Shown here: one piece after another, positions 59,873 through 64,000 of the stretch
Layout: the number at the start of each line of letters is the position of its first letter
Position numbering within the stretch: the first letter of the stretch is position 1
Assembly: GCA_964016885.1 (NCBI GenBank)
Contig: OZ024741.1
Location: 309,318,001-309,382,000, forward strand
Length of the DNA stretch: 64,000 nt
Direction of reading: 5' to 3'
DNA from: Eledone cirrhosa
Lineage: Eukaryota
Made by a program: the position numbers and the translations under genes
The notes under the pieces: generated by a model
Told to the model about the DNA's origin: nothing
What the model saw: the letters and a program-made list of their open reading frames with translations, nothing else
Databases searched by the model: none

Positions 59873-60269
59873 TACGAGGGCAATCCCAAAAGTAAGGTCT
59901 CCTTCCGATATTGCAACTTTACCGTTAAAATCCTGTGGATGGTGCTTCGGGAAACCTCAGGAACCAAAATGCAGAGAGCATCCAGAGTGATCCGCCGATC
60001 TTTACGCATGTTTTCCTCGGAAGGAGACCCTACTTTTGGGATTGCCCTCTATATAATAACTGCGCGAAATTCGCACTTGGCGGTAGCGTTCAACGGGAGC
60101 TCCATTCTCAACGGCTGCCAAGCCAAGATTGAGCATCCCAGCGAAGCGCCCGCATGCTTGTTTGGGAGTGAAGGAAGCACCAATCACAACAGTGTTGCCA
60201 ACAGCTGTACGAACAGTTTCTCTGCGTCCCCATCGCTTTGGAGACCTTACTTTTGGGATTACCCTCGTA
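59873..60269. mobile_element. Mariner-type MITE with an extra internal TIR
   Basis: TACGAGGGCAATCCCAAAAGTAAGGTCTCC / GGAGACCTTACTTTTGGGATTACCCTCGTA, with a third copy at 60023-60052. Confidence 0.9.
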
Positions 60270-60336
60270 TTTTGTCTTATCTCTCTATCTGTCCAACTAT
60301 CCACCTACATATCTTCCTATCTTCCTATCTATCTTC

Positions 60337-60388
<52 letters not shown>

Positions 60389-60430
60389 AAAGAAACATAT
60401 CTATCTAAAGAAGCATATCTATCTATTTAT

Positions 60431-60506
<76 letters not shown>

Positions 60507-60510
60507 AAAT

Positions 60511-63500
60511 GTGATGGTTATCTGCGAGGCCCGGATCAGCAGCATGCGACAGCTAGCCCCCACCTTTGACGACTTTGAGATGCACGCATCTCTCTGTCAG
60601 CCCGGAGGTGGGGGTGGGGTTGTCGTTCTGCTGCAAAAACATATGGGCCTTGCAACACAGATAGTTCACTTGGACCCAGGGGGTCGACTGGTGGTGCTGG
60701 ACCTTGGCAGTGGTGAAGGTAGAGCCCTTAGGCTGATAGCCGCATATGCCCCTTTTGGGACAGAGCGGCCCGACTTTTTCCAGCGTCTGGAGTCTTTTCT
60801 AGGGACGTCCCGTTCCCTGCTTTTAGTGGGGGATTGGAATGGTATCCTGGATGCACGTTGGGACTATGCAGGGGCATGTCCCGATAGAGAGGGGTGCAAC
60901 AGCCTCAAGGGTTTACTCGGCCGATTTGACCTGGCCGATAGATTTCGACTAGATTTTCCGACGGTGCCAACCTGGTCTTGGTCAAATCGCAGCGGATCAT
61001 CTAGATCGTACCTAGACAGATTTTTAGTTAGAAATAAGGACAGGGACTTTTTAAGTTGTCCAGAAATGCTCATGGTTGGCTATTCAGACCACAAGTTGGT
61101 GACCTGCATGGTCAACCTTGATAGAACGCATAGACAGGGCCCCGGTTACTGGAAGCTCAACTTGTCCTTGCCGGCAAGTAGAGCCTACAGGAATCGGATT
61201 AGTACGTTAGTTAAGGAACGGTTGACTGGAGCGATCGTCAACAGCAGGTGGTGGGTATCTCTAAAGAGAGAGATTAGAGTAGTCTCCATTGAATTTAGTA
61301 AGGTTCTAGCTGCGGATAGGAATAGGAAGGAAAGGGAGCTAATAGATAGAGTAGAAGAGGCAATTAGAAGCGGCGACGTGGCCAGAGTGCTAGCGTCGAG
61401 AACGGCTTTGAGCCAGTTTTTCGACGCGAAGCACGAAGGCTGCGTTGTCCGAAGTAAAATACGTGCTCTAGGGAACGAGGGGGCCAAAGCTGTTAGCTGG
61501 GCCCGCGTGACAGAGGCCAACAGTGGAACTAAATCCACCATCCGGTCTTTGCGAGACCTGGATGGACGGGCGATTCTTGAGCCTAAGCAGATGTGTGAGG
61601 CCTTTCAAAGGCACTTTGCCCGACTGTTCGGGAGGGGCGGGGAACCGGTTGGGAACGTGGACTTCGGTCCATACCTCGACGGCCTGCCGCGCCTCTCGGA
61701 CAGGGAGGCGAAGTCTTGCGAGGAGCCGATTTCGGCCGCTGAGATAGAGGACGTGCTGGGCCAATGCGGCAAACGCAAATCCCCGGGTCTCGATGGTCTT
61801 CCTTACGAATTATATCTAGCTATGCCGGACTTGTTCCCCGATCTCCTCGAGGCGGTCTACTGCAACTGGCAACAGAACGGGAGAATTCCCTGTACTGTGA
61901 CCAAGGGCGTAGTCACGCTAGTGAGGAAGGACGAGAACAAGGGGGACGAAATAAGTAACTTCAGGCCCATAACTCTGCTAAATACAGAGTTACAGATTTT
62001 GGCCAAGGTGCTAGCAAAGAGGTTGGCGCTTGTCGTGGGCAACCTGGTGGGAGATGCGCAGACATGCGCTATCCCGTCCAGGTCCATCCATGACAACCTC
62101 CACCTCATGCGATACATCATAGAGAGGGTTGGGAACGAACCCGGCTTTGGTGGGGCTCTGATCAACTTGGATCAATCTAAGGCGTTCGATAGGGTCGACC
62201 ATGGTTACCTGGATGCGGTGCTAGCGGCGGCAGGCTTCGGACCCGTTTTCAGAGGCTGGATCACTGCTATGCACAGCAGCCGCATCTGCTCTAGGGTCAA
62301 GGTGAACGGCTACCTCTCGGAGCCGTTCAAAATCGCGCGGTCCATCCGACAAGGGTGCCCTCTCTCCTCCCTTCTGTATGTGTTGACTCTCGAGCCACTA
62401 CTGCGGAAGTTGGAGTTGTTGCAGGGCATCCCTTTGGAACCGGGATTGCGGAAAGCGGTGTCAGCCTACGCCGATGACGTGACAGTAATGGTGTCGACGG
62501 CCTCCGAAATCGAGGCGGTCGGCACCTTACTGGAGGAGTACGAAAAGTTCACAGGGGCTAAGCTGAACCGGGACAAGTCGATCGGTTTGCAACTCGGCAC
62601 GTGGAGGGGCAGACCGATGCCCTCCGATGGCGTCGTCGGACGCTGGACGGAGGGCCCGGTGAAGTTGCTCGGGGTCTGGTTCGGACCGGACCTCCAGGTG
62701 GAGAAAAACTGGGCGGAGGTTACGAACAGGGTGTTTGCACTGACCCAGAAGTGGGCCAGTTGCAAACTATCCCTGAAAGGTCGGGCGGAGGTGGCGAACA
62801 CCTACATAGCGTCCGTCATCTACTACCGCCTGACCGTAGTGCCCTGCCCAAGGGAAACCCTCACCAAGATGGAGCGCGCGCTCTTCCAATTCCTTTGGAA
62901 GGGGCGGGCTCCTATGGTGAGGAGATCCATCTGCTGTCAACACCCTTCGAAAGGAGGGCTGGGGATGCCGTGGCTAATGATGCGTAAACACGCATTAAGG
63001 CTACGGCACCTCTACGTATTCCTCACCGGACAACCGGTGTGGGCCTCGTTTGTGAGACGAACCTTTCCCAGACTCGTCTCACTCACCGAGCTGCAATCCT
63101 GGGTCAAGCAAAGACCGAGAAAACTGGGCGCCTGGCACACTGAGTGTGCCCAGGCGCTCACCGCCCTCTGGCAGGCGGATCCGGTTATCAGTGGAGACTC
63201 CACCGCAACATTCTATAGAGGGCTGGTACGCAGCAGGTGCGACGACGCCCTCGGAGAAGCCCTAGACATGGAGGAGGACGAACTGGCCAGCCTGTTCGGT
63301 AGGACATTCAGCCCGGGACCTATGGACAACTTCCAGAAGTCCCTGGCCTGGCAGTGCTACCGAGGGGCTTTACCCGTTCGAGAAAGGCTCTACAGACACG
63401 GGCGCCCGGGTAGGGACCCCGCCAAAAAGATCTGTCCCAGATGCGTGTGCGACGAGGAAACCGTTGCACACGCATTGGTACACTGCTCGGGCGTAGCCGA

Positions 63501-63849
63501 TCTGTGGGGCTATGTCGAACAACTGCTGTCAAGGGTGGGACCGATCCGGTTGACCACCGAGTCTATTGTAATGATCAAGCCGCCTCCCCCCTTCAAAGAT
63601 GAAGCAGAGGCGGTGTTTCTGTGCGTAATAGCCATGGCGAAAGAGGTTGTATGGTGGACGCGTCTGAAAGGACTGAGGTCAGGCACCTTTCTCTCTGGCC
63701 AACAACTGGTCCGTTTCTTCCGATATCATTTCGGAAGAAGGATCAGGATGGAGAGAGAGGTGCTGCACCCCAGTCGTTTTTATGAAAGGTGGGTGAAAGT
63801 GGCGAGAATGGCCCGTGTGAATGGGCCTTCTCTTTACATAAGCCTGTAG
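60511..63849 (+). CDS. Tx1-clade LINE ORF2 (APE endonuclease-RT-zinc finger), uninterrupted but 5'-truncated
   Basis: 1112 aa with [36 protein letters not shown] and CPRC..H...C. Lacks the first ~30 EN residues and ORF1. The 5' junction lies directly in (CTAT)n and the 3' UTR leaves the window. Confidence 0.95.
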   Translation: MMVICEARISSMRQLAPTFDDFEMHASLCQPGGGGGVVVLLQKHMGLATQIVHLDPGGRLVVLDLGSGEGRALRLIAAYAPFGTERPDFFQRLESFLGTSRSLLLVGDWNGILDARWDYAGACPDREGCNSLKGLLGRFDLADRFRLDFPTVPTWSWSNRSGSSRSYLDRFLVRNKDRDFLSCPEMLMVGYSDHKLVTCMVNLDRTHRQGPGYWKLNLSLPASRAYRNRISTLVKERLTGAIVNSRWWVSLKREIRVVSIEFSKVLAADRNRKERELIDRVEEAIRSGDVARVLASRTALSQFFDAKHEGCVVRSKIRALGNEGAKAVSWARVTEANSGTKSTIRSLRDLDGRAILEPKQMCEAFQRHFARLFGRGGEPVGNVDFGPYLDGLPRLSDREAKSCEEPISAAEIEDVLGQCGKRKSPGLDGLPYELYLAMPDLFPDLLEAVYCNWQQNGRIPCTVTKGVVTLVRKDENKGDEISNFRPITLLNTELQILAKVLAKRLALVVGNLVGDAQTCAIPSRSIHDNLHLMRYIIERVGNEPGFGGALINLDQSKAFDRVDHGYLDAVLAAAGFGPVFRGWITAMHSSRICSRVKVNGYLSEPFKIARSIRQGCPLSSLLYVLTLEPLLRKLELLQGIPLEPGLRKAVSAYADDVTVMVSTASEIEAVGTLLEEYEKFTGAKLNRDKSIGLQLGTWRGRPMPSDGVVGRWTEGPVKLLGVWFGPDLQVEKNWAEVTNRVFALTQKWASCKLSLKGRAEVANTYIASVIYYRLTVVPCPRETLTKMERALFQFLWKGRAPMVRRSICCQHPSKGGLGMPWLMMRKHALRLRHLYVFLTGQPVWASFVRRTFPRLVSLTELQSWVKQRPRKLGAWHTECAQALTALWQADPVISGDSTATFYRGLVRSRCDDALGEALDMEEDELASLFGRTFSPGPMDNFQKSLAWQCYRGALPVRERLYRHGRPGRDPAKKICPRCVCDEETVAHALVHCSGVADLWGYVEQLLSRVGPIRLTTESIVMIKPPPPFKDEAEAVFLCVIAMAKEVVWWTRLKGLRSGTFLSGQQLVRFFRYHFGRRIRMEREVLHPSRFYERWVKVARMARVNGPSLYISL

Positions 63850-64000
63850 GTGGAAAAGAGGAAGGAACGAGGGAGCACCCCCTCTCTGTGCTCCTGAGGA
63901 AAAGGGTTGCACACTTTTTTCGGGGGTGTGTGCGACCCCCCAAGGCGCCTCCTCTCTATTGAGGATTTTGTTAAAAATTTTATTTTTGTTATATCTTATT

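Noticed and set aside
59939-60569. ORFs upstream of the Tx1 ORF2 as its ORF1
   Set aside because: They translate a MITE and (CTAT)n, and the LINE is truncated inside its endonuclease domain.

Overview
Eukaryotic, AT-rich, repeat-dominated DNA with a 200-N gap at 23279-23479. The SINE families resemble those I associate with octopus/coleoid cephalopods (inference). The only convincing host coding exon is 2576-2765 (signal peptide, 7-residue ectodomain, transmembrane helix, GTAAGT donor), so much of the rest may be one very large intron. The window holds two Tx1-clade LINE families embedded in different microsatellites, (ATCT)n and (ATT)n, and two Penelope-like element (PLE) families. It also holds about a dozen hammerhead-ribozyme-like motifs, several with non-canonical cores, often beside perfect fold-back palindromes. 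The remainder is RTE and R4 fragments, a decayed hAT transposase, several MITEs, two SINE families, long TA-derived satellites and a ~14.4 kb 18-bp minisatellite. All very long ORFs in 23.5-38 kb come from that stop-free repeat. Structures and alignments were read by eye, so boundaries of decayed repeats are approximate.
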